From Patescibacteria group bacterium (GTDB lineage: Bacteria > Patescibacteriota > Microgenomatia > Levybacterales > UBA12049): DNA of 64,000 bases. The notes below the pieces were generated by a model. That model saw only the letters and a program-made list of their open reading frames with translations. It had not been told where the DNA came from and ran no database searches. The stretch's first letter is position 1. Every line of letters starts with the position of its first letter. Positions 48,840 to 58,415 of this stretch are shown piece after piece. Where the stretch lies: assembly GCA_038064195.1 (NCBI GenBank), contig JBBTTO010000003.1:43029-107028 (forward strand), written 5' to 3'. The position numbers and the translations under genes are program-made.

Positions 48840-50990
48840 ATGAAGAATCTCGTTATCGTTGAATCACCTACAAAAGCCCGTACCATCAGCCGTTTTCTGG
48901 GTGATGATTTCGTGATCAAATTTTCCATGGGTCATATTATGGATCTCCCCAAAAGTACCCTGGGCGTTGATGTAGACCATGATTTCAAACCCGAACTTCA
49001 GGTAATCAGTGACAAGAAAAAAATTATTTCAGAACTTAAGGCTGCTGCCAAAGGTGCAGATCGTATTATATTGGCAACAGACCCTGACCGTGAGGGGGAA
49101 GCAATCGCTGCAAACATCAGAGAAGTTTTAACTGAAAGTCGAAAGTCGAAAGTCGAAAGCCGTAAATTTTCTCGGATTGTTTTTCATGAAATTACTGAGG
49201 GGGCCATTAAAGATGCGGTAGAGCATCCGAGGGACGTTGATGTGAATTTAGTCAATGCACAGACTGCGCGTCGTATCTTAGATAGATTGGTCGGTTACAA
49301 ATTATCTCCTCTTCTCTGGCAGAAAGTCAGACGGGGCCTATCTGCCGGACGCGTACAAAGTGTTGCCTTGCGTTTGATAGTTGAGCGGGAGCGGGAGATA
49401 CAGAAATTCACCAAAGAACCGTATTGGACGATTCATGCCCTTCTTCAGAAGATTGCGAAAGGGACAAAAAAGACAAAGCCTGCCCGCAATGCTACGTATA
49501 GTGTTGCAGGCGGGGAGACCGAGGTCGAATTTGAGTTGCAGACAATCGATCAAAAAAAGATAGAGGAGTCTCAGTCTTTTGAATTATATGATGGTACTTA
49601 TAAGATCAGTAAGACGATACTCGATACTACTGAGAAGGCTGATGAAATAGTCCTGGACATGCAGAAACGCCGCTTTGTCGTTGCTGATGTCGCGGAAAAG
49701 CAAGCAAAGAGAAGTCCATACGCTCCTTTTACCACATCCACACTGCAGCAGGATGCCTCACGGAGGTATGGATTCTCCGGTAAGCGGACCATGAGCCTGG
49801 CGCAGAAATTATATGAAGAAGGCTTCATTACCTATCACCGTACAGATTCGACTACGTTATCACCTGTGGCTATCAATCAGATCCGTACTTTTGTGCAAAA
49901 AGAATATGGTGACAAGTATGTGCCTGCGTCTCCACGCCTCTATCTGACCAAGCAAAAATCCGCGCAAGAAGCGCACGAAGCAATTCGTCCGACTAAATTC
50001 GGACCACTCAATACAGGACAGATGCAATCTGTTGAGGAATCACTCGGTAAAGAGTGCGCTCGACTGTATGAGTTGATCTGGCGACGGGCAGTCGGATCAC
50101 AAATGGCTGATGCCTTGATCCAATCGACCACAGTCTATGCCGATACCAAAGATGCCGGTAAACAATATCGTATGAAGGCATCGGGATCAGTGCTACTTTT
50201 CGATGGTTTTCTGGTCATTAATCCGCAGGCGCTTCAGGATAGAAAATTACCTGTCTTTACGATAGGCGACGAGTTGAATGTTAAGAAGGCCTACGGAGAC
50301 GCGCACGAGACACCGCCCCCGCCTCGCTATAATGACGCGTCAATTATCCAAACACTTGAGGAAAAGGGTATCGGCCGTCCGTCTACGTATGCCTCAATTA
50401 TCTCAACACTTGTGGATCGTGCCTATGTTGAGCGGGTAGAAAAGCGTTTTGAAGCAAGCGCTATCGGGAGTGCCGTGAATGATTTCCTCGTTAAAAATTT
50501 TTCAGATATTGATGATATCCCCTTTACCGCTTCGATGGAGGACAGCCTGGATCTGGTCGCATCAGGTGAGAAAGAGTGGGTAAGTATGATGAAGGATTTT
50601 TATGCTCCTTTCTCAAAGAAGCTTATCGAAGTTAAGGATACAGAGCGAGTCAAAATTGAGACAGAGAAAACAGGTGAAAAATGTCCAGAATGCACGGCAG
50701 ATCTGGTCATAAGGACCGGAAAATTCGGTAAATTCGTCTCGTGCAGTCGCTTTCCCGAATGCAAGTATACAAAACCACTGGTTGAGGAGACCAATCTACC
50801 GTGTCCTAAAGATGGAGACCTGCCTGCCGGCAGGCAGGGAAGAATTATTGTTAAGAAAACCCGTAAGGGCCGTAAGTTCTATGGCTGCTCGAATTATCCG
50901 ACCTGTACCTTCGCTAGCTGGACCCGCCCGACTTCGCCTGCGAGCGAACTCGCTGGCGGGCGGGAATTAGAGGATATAAAGAAAGAATAA
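48840..50990 (+). CDS. topA: DNA topoisomerase I
   Basis: Toprim start MKNLVIVESPTKARTISRFLG. Active-site ITYHRTDST. Two C-terminal C4 zinc ribbons (CPECTADL...CSRFPECKY and FYGCSNYPTCTF). Confidence 0.9.
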   Translation: MKNLVIVESPTKARTISRFLGDDFVIKFSMGHIMDLPKSTLGVDVDHDFKPELQVISDKKKIISELKAAAKGADRIILATDPDREGEAIAANIREVLTESRKSKVESRKFSRIVFHEITEGAIKDAVEHPRDVDVNLVNAQTARRILDRLVGYKLSPLLWQKVRRGLSAGRVQSVALRLIVEREREIQKFTKEPYWTIHALLQKIAKGTKKTKPARNATYSVAGGETEVEFELQTIDQKKIEESQSFELYDGTYKISKTILDTTEKADEIVLDMQKRRFVVADVAEKQAKRSPYAPFTTSTLQQDASRRYGFSGKRTMSLAQKLYEEGFITYHRTDSTTLSPVAINQIRTFVQKEYGDKYVPASPRLYLTKQKSAQEAHEAIRPTKFGPLNTGQMQSVEESLGKECARLYELIWRRAVGSQMADALIQSTTVYADTKDAGKQYRMKASGSVLLFDGFLVINPQALQDRKLPVFTIGDELNVKKAYGDAHETPPPPRYNDASIIQTLEEKGIGRPSTYASIISTLVDRAYVERVEKRFEASAIGSAVNDFLVKNFSDIDDIPFTASMEDSLDLVASGEKEWVSMMKDFYAPFSKKLIEVKDTERVKIETEKTGEKCPECTADLVIRTGKFGKFVSCSRFPECKYTKPLVEETNLPCPKDGDLPAGRQGRIIVKKTRKGRKFYGCSNYPTCTFASWTRPTSPASELAGGRELEDIKKE

Positions 50991-51016
50991 AGAAGATGGT
51001 ATAAAGTATTAGGGGA

Positions 51017-51047
51017 ATTCTTAATTCTTAATTCTTAATTCTTAATT
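51017..51047. repeat. Heptanucleotide SSR (aattctt)x4 overlapping the stop codon of the 51035..51796 gene
   Basis: Seen directly: gaattcttaattcttaattcttaattcttaatt. Confidence 0.6.
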
Positions 51048-51796
51048 ATGTTTTGTGGGCAGGCAGCAAATGCGCAAGTAGGCCCTTGTCTGCTAACGTA
51101 ACTTCCATCAGGGCAGAGTTTGGCTTCTTGGGTACAGGCTACGGCGCTTCCATTATCAGGTGTAGGTGTAAAGGTTTTATCACGTAAGGTATTCAATATC
51201 TCTTCAGCCTGACTCGAAAGGCCTCCTCTGGATGTATCAAAGTAAAGCTGATAATACGTAGGGCCGACTGAAAATTGATCAAGTCGATAGTCACAATCGA
51301 CGCCGCAATTTACGGTATATTCTTTAACCGTGAGATTGTTAATATAGCGAGCCTGGGTGTCATCAATTGAAAAATACTGAGTGGGAGTATGATTATTATC
51401 TCCGTTTTGGGGATCGGTAAAGGGAGTTGTCTGCTTGGTCAGAACAAGAGCGTTAGTCAGAGAGGAGTCATCTGCTGTTTTTATCTTCCATGAGATGGTG
51501 GTATCGGATTTGGTATCAACGACCATGGTCCCGGGATAGAAAAAGGAAATAGCATCGTCTGTGTATTCTTGAGGCTCAGCAAGAGTAGTGGAAGTCTTAG
51601 TAGGCGTGGTAACTATTTTTTTTGTTTGTGAACTGGTGTGTTGTGTTTTATTTAAGAGATAGACATAACTTCCTATTGTTACTGCTATTGTCGCTACAAA
51701 GAGGATAAAAATTATCAGTGTTTTGCCGGTCACGAAATGGTGCACTTTGTGGGGAACATTCAGTGAAGTTTGTTGATCTGAGGTTTGTGAGATCAT
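51035..51796 (-). CDS. Signal-anchored hypothetical protein with a Cys-rich C-terminus
   Basis: TM helix LIIFILFVATIAVTIGSYVYLL. The C-terminal region has 6 Cys (VNCGVDCDY ... VACTQEAKLCPDGSYVSRQGPTCAFAACPQ). Confidence 0.4.
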   Translation of the reverse strand: MISQTSDQQTSLNVPHKVHHFVTGKTLIIFILFVATIAVTIGSYVYLLNKTQHTSSQTKKIVTTPTKTSTTLAEPQEYTDDAISFFYPGTMVVDTKSDTTISWKIKTADDSSLTNALVLTKQTTPFTDPQNGDNNHTPTQYFSIDDTQARYINNLTVKEYTVNCGVDCDYRLDQFSVGPTYYQLYFDTSRGGLSSQAEEILNTLRDKTFTPTPDNGSAVACTQEAKLCPDGSYVSRQGPTCAFAACPQNIIKN

Positions 51797-51831
51797 ATAT
51801 CTAGTATCCCCATCATTACCCCCAATGTCAA

Positions 51832-52290
51832 TTAAGCCAGATAGAGTGTATGGGCGATAAAAAGAAAAAAGAGGAGAATACCTATCTGTCCGATAATGCC
51901 CCAGGGTTTGTCCAGACGGTGATCAAATGACTTTTGGAGTGCGTAAAAGTACGAAAAAGGGGGAAATTTCCATTTCAAAAAGACCCAGGGCGCGGTTGCC
52001 CAGTCCAAACCTTGAGCGGCAATAATCATCACAAATACATATATAAGGTTGATCCCGGGAAAGAGGAATTGCGTTAAGAGGTAGGCGAGGATAAAGCTGA
52101 TTGTCAGATCAATGACTGATCCGACCACGAATTCATGTCGACTTTTTTTCAGCATATTCGTGCCGGTATCCCAATGCGGGAAGGCATCGGCTGCCACGTG
52201 TGAAAGGACAGCCAGGGGAATCCCGATGATGGGGTCGGGAATTGCTGCCGCTATGGCTACTCCGAGTACCGCGTGTCCTGTTGCCGTCAT
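51832..52290 (-). CDS. Hypothetical polytopic membrane protein
   Basis: 152 aa, 4 predicted TM helices. No motif recognised. Confidence 0.35.
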   Translation of the reverse strand: MTATGHAVLGVAIAAAIPDPIIGIPLAVLSHVAADAFPHWDTGTNMLKKSRHEFVVGSVIDLTISFILAYLLTQFLFPGINLIYVFVMIIAAQGLDWATAPWVFLKWKFPPFSYFYALQKSFDHRLDKPWGIIGQIGILLFFLFIAHTLYLA

Positions 52291-52432
52291 AGAAGTTTAA
52301 GTATAACAGAAAGTGGTGAACAGAGATCAATAAGCATGCTCCATTTCTTTTTTTCTTTCTGTTTTCTGATCTCTGTTTATTTTTTTGGGGCTGGCTCTTG
52401 ACAACTTTGCAAAAGCGGTACACAATCAATAT

Positions 52433-53404
52433 ATGAGGTACTTAGTACCACTTGCTGCATTATCACTTTTGCTTTCTACGTCATTGCCGGCCTTTGCCTA
52501 CAGAGACGCTGCAGTTCTAGGATCATCAACTGCAATAACTGACGCTGTATTTCCGCCTGTCACTTCAGGGCCGGGACATATCCTGCCTGACAGCCCTTTT
52601 TATTTTCTTGATAAGCTGTATCAGGATTTCAGACTCGCTCTTGTTTTTACTCCCGCAAATAGAGCCCGTTTGCATATGACGATCTCGGGAGAACGCATGG
52701 CAGAATTGCGGGTTGAGTCCGCACGTAACAATCAGGCAGGAGTTGACGCCGCGCTTACTGAGCTCGGACATGAGGCTATGGCAGCTGCTAATGATGTCCG
52801 CGACGCTGCTTCTCAAGGTCAAGACGTCACCCAATTGGCGCGTGATATCCATCAAACGATGACTGATTACCGGGATGTTTTAATTACTGTCCGATCTCAG
52901 GTTCCCGACACAGCCTACGCGCAAAAGCTGACAACTGCAGGTGACGTACTCTTTGAAGCTCGTGTCGTGACGGAAGACGCGTTTCCTGTAGCAGATATTG
53001 AAAGGGAGACAATGGCCGCTCTTGACGAACAGATTGATGAAGCGATCCTTGGTATTAGTGACAAATCAGACAGACTTGAGAAAAAACTCAATATCTATAA
53101 CAAGTATGCGAGTAAGGCAGCTGAGAGAGAAGTGAAAAAGCAGCAGGAGTCTGCTAGCCGTGCGGCGACCAAAGCTCAGACGCAAGCCATTATTGAAGCC
53201 CGAAAAAAAGCTATTCAGGAGTATCTGGCCAAAGCTGAGGCACTTCGTAGACAGCGTGAAGAAGAGTTAGCCAAACTTAAAGCAACTATTCGTGAGCTTC
53301 AGGCACAGTTGAAGCAGCTTCGTCAGGGTAAAGTCCCAAGTACTACCCTTACACCAACTATAACGCTCACTCCAACTTCCACCCCGACCCCTTTTGAGAA
53401 CTAG
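52433..53404 (+). CDS. Secreted coiled-coil protein (signal peptide MRYLVPLAALSLLLSTSLPAFA); the track ORF starts at 52385
   Basis: Signal peptide, long helical/charged repeats (KAQTQAIIEARKKAIQEYLAKAEALRRQREEELAKLKATIRELQAQLKQL) and a Thr/Pro tail. Confidence 0.4.
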   Translation: MRYLVPLAALSLLLSTSLPAFAYRDAAVLGSSTAITDAVFPPVTSGPGHILPDSPFYFLDKLYQDFRLALVFTPANRARLHMTISGERMAELRVESARNNQAGVDAALTELGHEAMAAANDVRDAASQGQDVTQLARDIHQTMTDYRDVLITVRSQVPDTAYAQKLTTAGDVLFEARVVTEDAFPVADIERETMAALDEQIDEAILGISDKSDRLEKKLNIYNKYASKAAEREVKKQQESASRAATKAQTQAIIEARKKAIQEYLAKAEALRRQREEELAKLKATIRELQAQLKQLRQGKVPSTTLTPTITLTPTSTPTPFEN

Positions 53405-53420
53405 TGTATAATCTAACACT

Positions 53421-53963
53421 ATGATTAAGCTCGGCGCTGCGGAGCTGCGCACAACTAATCCTGATCCTGAGGATTTAAAAAAAATCAAAAAGAATCCTGT
53501 GTATCTGATTGTAGATAATGTTTTGGATACTTATAACGTGGGAGCAATTTTTCGCTTGGCAGATGCTGTTGCTGCTGAGAAAGTACTTCTTTGTGGTGCT
53601 ACTGAGACACCACCGCATACCAGGATAAAAAAAGCCTCTATTAATACCACCGAGTGGGTGAAGTGGGAACATGCTTCGACAGCTGTTGAGGCTATTAAAG
53701 ATTTACGATTAAGGATTAAAGATATTCAAGTGGTGGCAGTGGAGTTAGATAAAAAAAGTAAGCCGTATGATCAGATTGACTATACATTTCCGATTGCTCT
53801 AGTTGTTGGGCATGAATCTGACGGTATTTCACAAGAGACGCTTGCCGCCTGTGATGAGATTGCGGAAATTCCGATGTGGGGAGTGAATAAGTCGATGAAT
53901 GTCATGGTCTCACTCGCCATCGTGCTTTTTGAAGTCATGAAACACTTTAGGGAACAAGCATAA
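53421..53963 (+). CDS. SpoU-family RNA 2'-O-methyltransferase (TrmH/TrmL-like)
   Basis: VYLIVDNVLDTYNVGAIFRLADA, LVVGHESDGIS and IPMWGVNKSMNVMVSLAIVLFE are SPOUT motifs. Confidence 0.8.
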   Translation: MIKLGAAELRTTNPDPEDLKKIKKNPVYLIVDNVLDTYNVGAIFRLADAVAAEKVLLCGATETPPHTRIKKASINTTEWVKWEHASTAVEAIKDLRLRIKDIQVVAVELDKKSKPYDQIDYTFPIALVVGHESDGISQETLAACDEIAEIPMWGVNKSMNVMVSLAIVLFEVMKHFREQA

Positions 53964-53964
53964 A

Positions 53965-54552
53965 ATGACAAAACAGACTCAGCTTGACAAGATTACTAGG
54001 GAAATTGAAGAGTGTAGGATTTGTAAAAAAGAGAAAATCGGAGTTGCTGTGCCGGGTGAGGGTAATCCTGATGCAGATATAGTTTTTATTGGTGAGGCGC
54101 CGGGGAAGCAGGAATCGGTATCAGGTAGGCCATTTATTGGCAGATCAGGGCAACTTCTGCGGAGTTTGATCCGGGAGATTGGCCTTGATGATGTGAAAGA
54201 TGTTTATATTACCAGCCCGGTTAAATACTTGCCGCTTAGAGGAACTCCGACTTCTGAAGATATTGCCCACGGTCGTAGCCATTTACTGGGACAATTGGAA
54301 GTAATTCAACCGAAATTTGTAGTTTTACTGGGTCGAGTGGCAGCCGAAGGGGTACTTGAGAAAAAGGTTTTTGTAACAAAAGAACACGGGGAAGTGATTG
54401 AAGAAAAAGACGGCCCGTCTCGCCTCGGCGAGCCGAGGCGGAGAATTAAGTATTTTTTGACCTACCACCCGGCAGCAGTTCTGAGATTTCCGAACAAATT
54501 TAAAGCATTAATGAAAGAAGATTTTATTAAAGTTAAAAAACTACTGAAGTAA
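53965..54552 (+). CDS. Uracil-DNA glycosylase, family 4-like
   Basis: ECRICKK (Fe-S Cys), GEAPG, GRSGQLL and the C-terminal HPAAVLR motif. Confidence 0.75.
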   Translation: MTKQTQLDKITREIEECRICKKEKIGVAVPGEGNPDADIVFIGEAPGKQESVSGRPFIGRSGQLLRSLIREIGLDDVKDVYITSPVKYLPLRGTPTSEDIAHGRSHLLGQLEVIQPKFVVLLGRVAAEGVLEKKVFVTKEHGEVIEEKDGPSRLGEPRRRIKYFLTYHPAAVLRFPNKFKALMKEDFIKVKKLLK

Positions 54553-54553
54553 C

Positions 54554-55411
54554 TTATTTATTGCGCAGAAAAGCATAAACTTCTGTTCTGGAAGTTGGGT
54601 TATGCGGACTGCCATCAAATCTTCCCAATAATCCTTGGATTACTTTCTCACCTTTTTCATTGATTTCCTGACTCAATTTCCGGCAAGCAAAATTACTGTT
54701 TTTAGGAAGGAAGTAGCCCTTACCGTAATAGGCTGTTCTGAATAAATCCCCAATCATTATATATTCCTGCACATGTTCGTTTGTACGGAAATCTTCAGTC
54801 CAATCGACATCCACATTCATCCAACAGCTAATGACAATTGTTGGAGTTTTGGCATAGTTTTTAAGGCAATCTTTGTAGTCTAGATTCAAGATCTGGTCTT
54901 TTGGATCTTTATTTGTTTCTCCGCTTTTCTCCCAGTTTTTATTATCACTGGCAATAATAGTTACTTTTTTTGCATCTATTAACAGAGACAGTTTTTGTTT
55001 GAGAAAATGCGATAGTCGTCCATCACCGGCCCCGACTTCAAGAATTGTGACGGGGGAGGAGAAAGTCGTGTAGTACTCATTAATTCTGACTGAGAGGTAG
55101 CTAACTAATGAATCAATAAACTCTTGAGTATAGACTTGATAGACATTATTTTTATACAGAAATTTTGTAAACTCAGGATCAAGATACGGCAGCTCCTCAC
55201 TATTTGTCGGTAAAGAATCGCTGCGCGGGAAGACAGCTCTTATCTCAGCAAGTGTTGGAAGCGAATAATAATCTGTTATTTTTAAGGTGTCAGTTGTTGG
55301 TTGCATATCTATATTGTACTCCTTAGTAACTTTATTTGATTTCCAGAGAATAAAGAGGTCTTTTATCGAAATGAAATGCTTCTTTCCAGCCCAAGTTCTC
55401 AGATCTGGCAT
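54554..55411 (-). CDS. Class I SAM-dependent methyltransferase (last gene of the ATP-grasp operon); likely start MQPTTD at about 55306
   Basis: Motif I ILEVGAGDGRLSHFL. Its start overlaps the stop of the upstream paralog unless the internal Met is used. Confidence 0.6.
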   Translation of the reverse strand: MPDLRTWAGKKHFISIKDLFILWKSNKVTKEYNIDMQPTTDTLKITDYYSLPTLAEIRAVFPRSDSLPTNSEELPYLDPEFTKFLYKNNVYQVYTQEFIDSLVSYLSVRINEYYTTFSSPVTILEVGAGDGRLSHFLKQKLSLLIDAKKVTIIASDNKNWEKSGETNKDPKDQILNLDYKDCLKNYAKTPTIVISCWMNVDVDWTEDFRTNEHVQEYIMIGDLFRTAYYGKGYFLPKNSNFACRKLSQEINEKGEKVIQGLLGRFDGSPHNPTSRTEVYAFLRNK

Positions 55412-56219
55412 CGTAGAGTGTCGCTCCCAGTGAGAGAGCTTGAGTCATTTTCTGGAGGATCAGGAATTTGCCGAGACCATTGATTGAGCTATCTGTCCCG
55501 GAATTAAGCCCCACATATGTACCCTTATAAAAAATTGACATACCGATTGATACTTTTTTACCATTGAGAGATATTGAGATTATCTGCATTGGAAAGAGAG
55601 TCATGATTTCTTTAAAAAATTCGAGACGATGCGGTCTGAGGAATCCTGATTCTTCCCCAAAGCGCATCTTATTCAACTCAACCATCAAATCAAAGTCTGA
55701 AAAGACATTGTATTCGACTTTTATGTTCTGCTCGTGCAACTTTCGTAGCTGAGCTCTTAAATTCTGTCGAGGTTTGGCATTCCAGTACCTCTCAAGGTAG
55801 TCATCAATACTCGTAATCTTACTCAACGGAAATTCATATTTATACTCCTGGATCTGTACATTAGGGATACCCGGGATGTCGTCCGTCATCCATTCAAGCA
55901 GTGCAGGCCGATCAATTTGTTTGATAAGAGCTGCTTTTAGAGATTCGTAGCCGGGTTTGACATACATTTGATTGTCTTCCATGTGACTTCCCCCAAAAAA
56001 TTGCAAAACATTAGAATCAGAATTCCACTGGAGAGGAAGTACCCCGACGGCTTTCTCATCCTCAAATGCAGTAAAGAAAAAGAGGGGATAGTTAAAGAAT
56101 TTGTAGTAGGTATAGCGATAAGCCCAGTCGTCAGTTAAGCGAGCACTAGGTGAAAGTTCTCTCCATATTTCTTCAGCAGTTGCTAGATCAGTGATAGTTT
56201 TAAATGTTATATTATTCAT
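55332..56219 (-). CDS. FemAB/CelD-like (BioF2-like GNAT fold, PF13480-like) acyl/aminoacyl-transferase, paralog B
   Basis: The hallmark basic helix NAKPRQNLRAQLRKLHEQ (S-K-x-R-K-N-L-R-R-x-x-R-K-L type), and an N-terminal domain sharing L..W.ELSP...DDW.FRYTYYK.FNYPL with the upstream paralog. Confidence 0.55.
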   Translation of the reverse strand: MNNITFKTITDLATAEEIWRELSPSARLTDDWAYRYTYYKFFNYPLFFFTAFEDEKAVGVLPLQWNSDSNVLQFFGGSHMEDNQMYVKPGYESLKAALIKQIDRPALLEWMTDDIPGIPNVQIQEYKYEFPLSKITSIDDYLERYWNAKPRQNLRAQLRKLHEQNIKVEYNVFSDFDLMVELNKMRFGEESGFLRPHRLEFFKEIMTLFPMQIISISLNGKKVSIGMSIFYKGTYVGLNSGTDSSINGLGKFLILQKMTQALSLGATLYDARSENLGWKEAFHFDKRPLYSLEIK

Positions 56220-57229
56220 GCTTGATCACTCCTTGTATCACGAAGGTATTGCGGTTTTTTTAAGAGATTAAAATCAGTTTTCCAGCCAAAAGCACCTGAC
56301 CCACCTGCGTCGTATATCTTCATTCGTTCTTTTATAGCTGCATCGATTTTGAGCAACGTAATATATTTGCCAAGGTTTTTGACCTCTGGGTTGTAACCAG
56401 TATTAATTCCATAACAAATATTTTTATAGAATAGTACAAAACCCACACCTTGTTTTTCTCCGTTCAGCGTGACGGTAATAATTTTTGAGGGATATTTAGT
56501 AGCTATTTCACTAAAGAATTCGTCCCAGTGAGGGCGTTCATTAAAACTTGAGGTATTACCAAAACGAATTTTATTCCAGTATTCAAGAACCTTAAGATCT
56601 TCGACATTGTCATAACTTACTTCAACAGTATTGTTTTCTGTAAGCTTTCGTATTTGGGAGTTGAGGTTACGGCGACTGTCTCCGTCCAGGTACTTGGTTA
56701 CAAAGTCGGAGTAGTTAGTCATACCTGCAAGCTCTATGTAATAGTTATAGTCATGGATGGTTGTCTGAGCAAGAGACCCCATGTCAGGGCGCATATATTC
56801 AAGGACTGCGGGACCTTCTAGTTGTTCTAAAAATTGAGGTATTGTTTCTTCATAACCGGGTTTATAAAAAATTGCATTGTCTTCCATATAGCCAAACCCG
56901 GCAAAAAAATCATAGCAGCCTTTGGTCGGGTCCCACATCAGAGGGAGGAGCCCGACTAGCTCTCCCTGGTCATAACCGGCAATAAAGTTCAAAGGATAAT
57001 TAAAGTATTTATAATACGTGTAACGAAAATCCCAGTCGTCATAGAGGACTTTATTTGGAGAAAGAGATTTCCAGGCTTTCTCTGCTTCTTCGAGGTTAGA
57101 TATGTTTCTGAAGGTCAAGTTTTTCATACGGAGTAATGGTAAACCTGACTTCAGAGAATAGACGTTCCAGGTTGCTGGTTGCTTGTTTGGCATCCTTACC
57201 CGTTGCGGTAATCCAACCCATATAATCAA
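56216..57229 (-). CDS. FemAB/CelD-like (PF13480-like) acyl/aminoacyl-transferase, paralog A; likely start MKNLTF at about 57127
   Basis: DGDSRRNLNSQIRKLTEN motif. Co-linear similarity to paralog B. 4-nt overlap (ATGA) with paralog B. Confidence 0.55.
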   Translation of the reverse strand: MIIWVGLPQRVRMPNKQPATWNVYSLKSGLPLLRMKNLTFRNISNLEEAEKAWKSLSPNKVLYDDWDFRYTYYKYFNYPLNFIAGYDQGELVGLLPLMWDPTKGCYDFFAGFGYMEDNAIFYKPGYEETIPQFLEQLEGPAVLEYMRPDMGSLAQTTIHDYNYYIELAGMTNYSDFVTKYLDGDSRRNLNSQIRKLTENNTVEVSYDNVEDLKVLEYWNKIRFGNTSSFNERPHWDEFFSEIATKYPSKIITVTLNGEKQGVGFVLFYKNICYGINTGYNPEVKNLGKYITLLKIDAAIKERMKIYDAGGSGAFGWKTDFNLLKKPQYLRDTRSDQA

Positions 57230-58415
57230 AATCCTGAGGTGGCAGGAGAATCTTATCGCCTATGTTTTTAGTAAGGCGAAGTTCAAAGAGATGGAAATCA
57301 GTGTGAATTTTTTGATCAATATCAATCTTGCGAACGAGTCCTTCTTTAATTGGTAAGAAATATTTTCCTTCTAGATGAATTAAAGGTTGGGATGGTTTGC
57401 GAACTTTAAGCGGCTCACCGACAGCAATTTTGGCCGCATTTTCGATCAAATCTACGTTCCAGGCATGCTTGACAAAGCTATATACCTCATCTCCACCCAT
57501 GCGTAAATTAATCTCAATCGGGACAGGCCCTACGGATGAAGACTTAGCTTCAAAATGGATAACCCCGTTTTTGATCCCCAATTCGGAGAGTACCTTGGTA
57601 GCCATTCTAACAAGAGCATCCTGTTTGGCCTGAGGCAGACGAGAAGGGATAGCCTGTCCTGTCTCTATAAAGTAAGGCTCATGAGTCTGAAAGTTGTCAC
57701 TGATAGACCAGAACTTGACCTCACCATCTTGAAGGAGCATATCGATATCAACTTCAGTTCCATCAATATATTCCTCGACAAATACTTCCACATTTTCCCA
57801 TTCAGGTGCAAGCCAAAAGGAAGTGATGTAATGTCGGATTGCATCATAGCCCTTTTCCAGCTCTTCTATAGTGTCTACACGGATAACAAACGCACTACAT
57901 GCACCGTACATAGGCTTAATGACGAGGGGGAACTGTAGCTTTTGTGGAACATCGAGGATATCCTCTCTATTTTTTAAGGTATGATGACGTGGTGAGGGGA
58001 GACCGTGTTCACTACATACCTCTCGGAAGGTAAATTTATTCTTAATTTTAGCCACTGACTCAAAAGGATTACCTGTCCAGTCAAAAGTATCGGTGATTTT
58101 TGCTGTCAGGAGGATTGCTTCTTCCCAGAAAGTAAGAGTACCATCCAAATGATTACCGGGAGTATCTATGTAGGCCTTGATTTTAGTCAAACATTCTTCA
58201 TAGTTAGTAAGATCAGCTACTATCCATTCGTCAGCATAGACATCAGGGCAACTCTTCTCGGTATCTAAGATCACCACGTAATAGTCTAATGATTTCAGTT
58301 TTTTTAACACGAACTCTTTGGAAGGATACGCACTTCTAACTAAAAGGATATGTTTTGGATTGAGTGGTTTCATAATAGATAATAAATATCTTTCGTCTAG
58401 AGCAAAAATGCTCAA
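57096..58415 (-). CDS. ATP-grasp ligase of the L-amino-acid-ligase / D-Ala-D-Ala-ligase type
   Basis: FPLVIKPMYGACSAFVIRVD (Lys loop), VEEYIDGTEVDIDML and IEINLRMGGDEV (Mg/ATP motifs). 439 aa. The internal start MKPLNPKHILLV is possible. Confidence 0.7.
   Translation of the reverse strand: MSIFALDERYLLSIMKPLNPKHILLVRSAYPSKEFVLKKLKSLDYYVVILDTEKSCPDVYADEWIVADLTNYEECLTKIKAYIDTPGNHLDGTLTFWEEAILLTAKITDTFDWTGNPFESVAKIKNKFTFREVCSEHGLPSPRHHTLKNREDILDVPQKLQFPLVIKPMYGACSAFVIRVDTIEELEKGYDAIRHYITSFWLAPEWENVEVFVEEYIDGTEVDIDMLLQDGEVKFWSISDNFQTHEPYFIETGQAIPSRLPQAKQDALVRMATKVLSELGIKNGVIHFEAKSSSVGPVPIEINLRMGGDEVYSFVKHAWNVDLIENAAKIAVGEPLKVRKPSQPLIHLEGKYFLPIKEGLVRKIDIDQKIHTDFHLFELRLTKNIGDKILLPPQDFDYMGWITATGKDAKQATSNLERLFSEVRFTITPYEKLDLQKHI

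Noticed and set aside
49130-49160. Tandem (gaaagtc)x3 repeat inside topA
   Set aside because: It lies within a conserved coding region, maintains the frame over the 21 nt and encodes ESRKSKVESRK. Most likely trivial low-complexity coding sequence, not a regulatory repeat.
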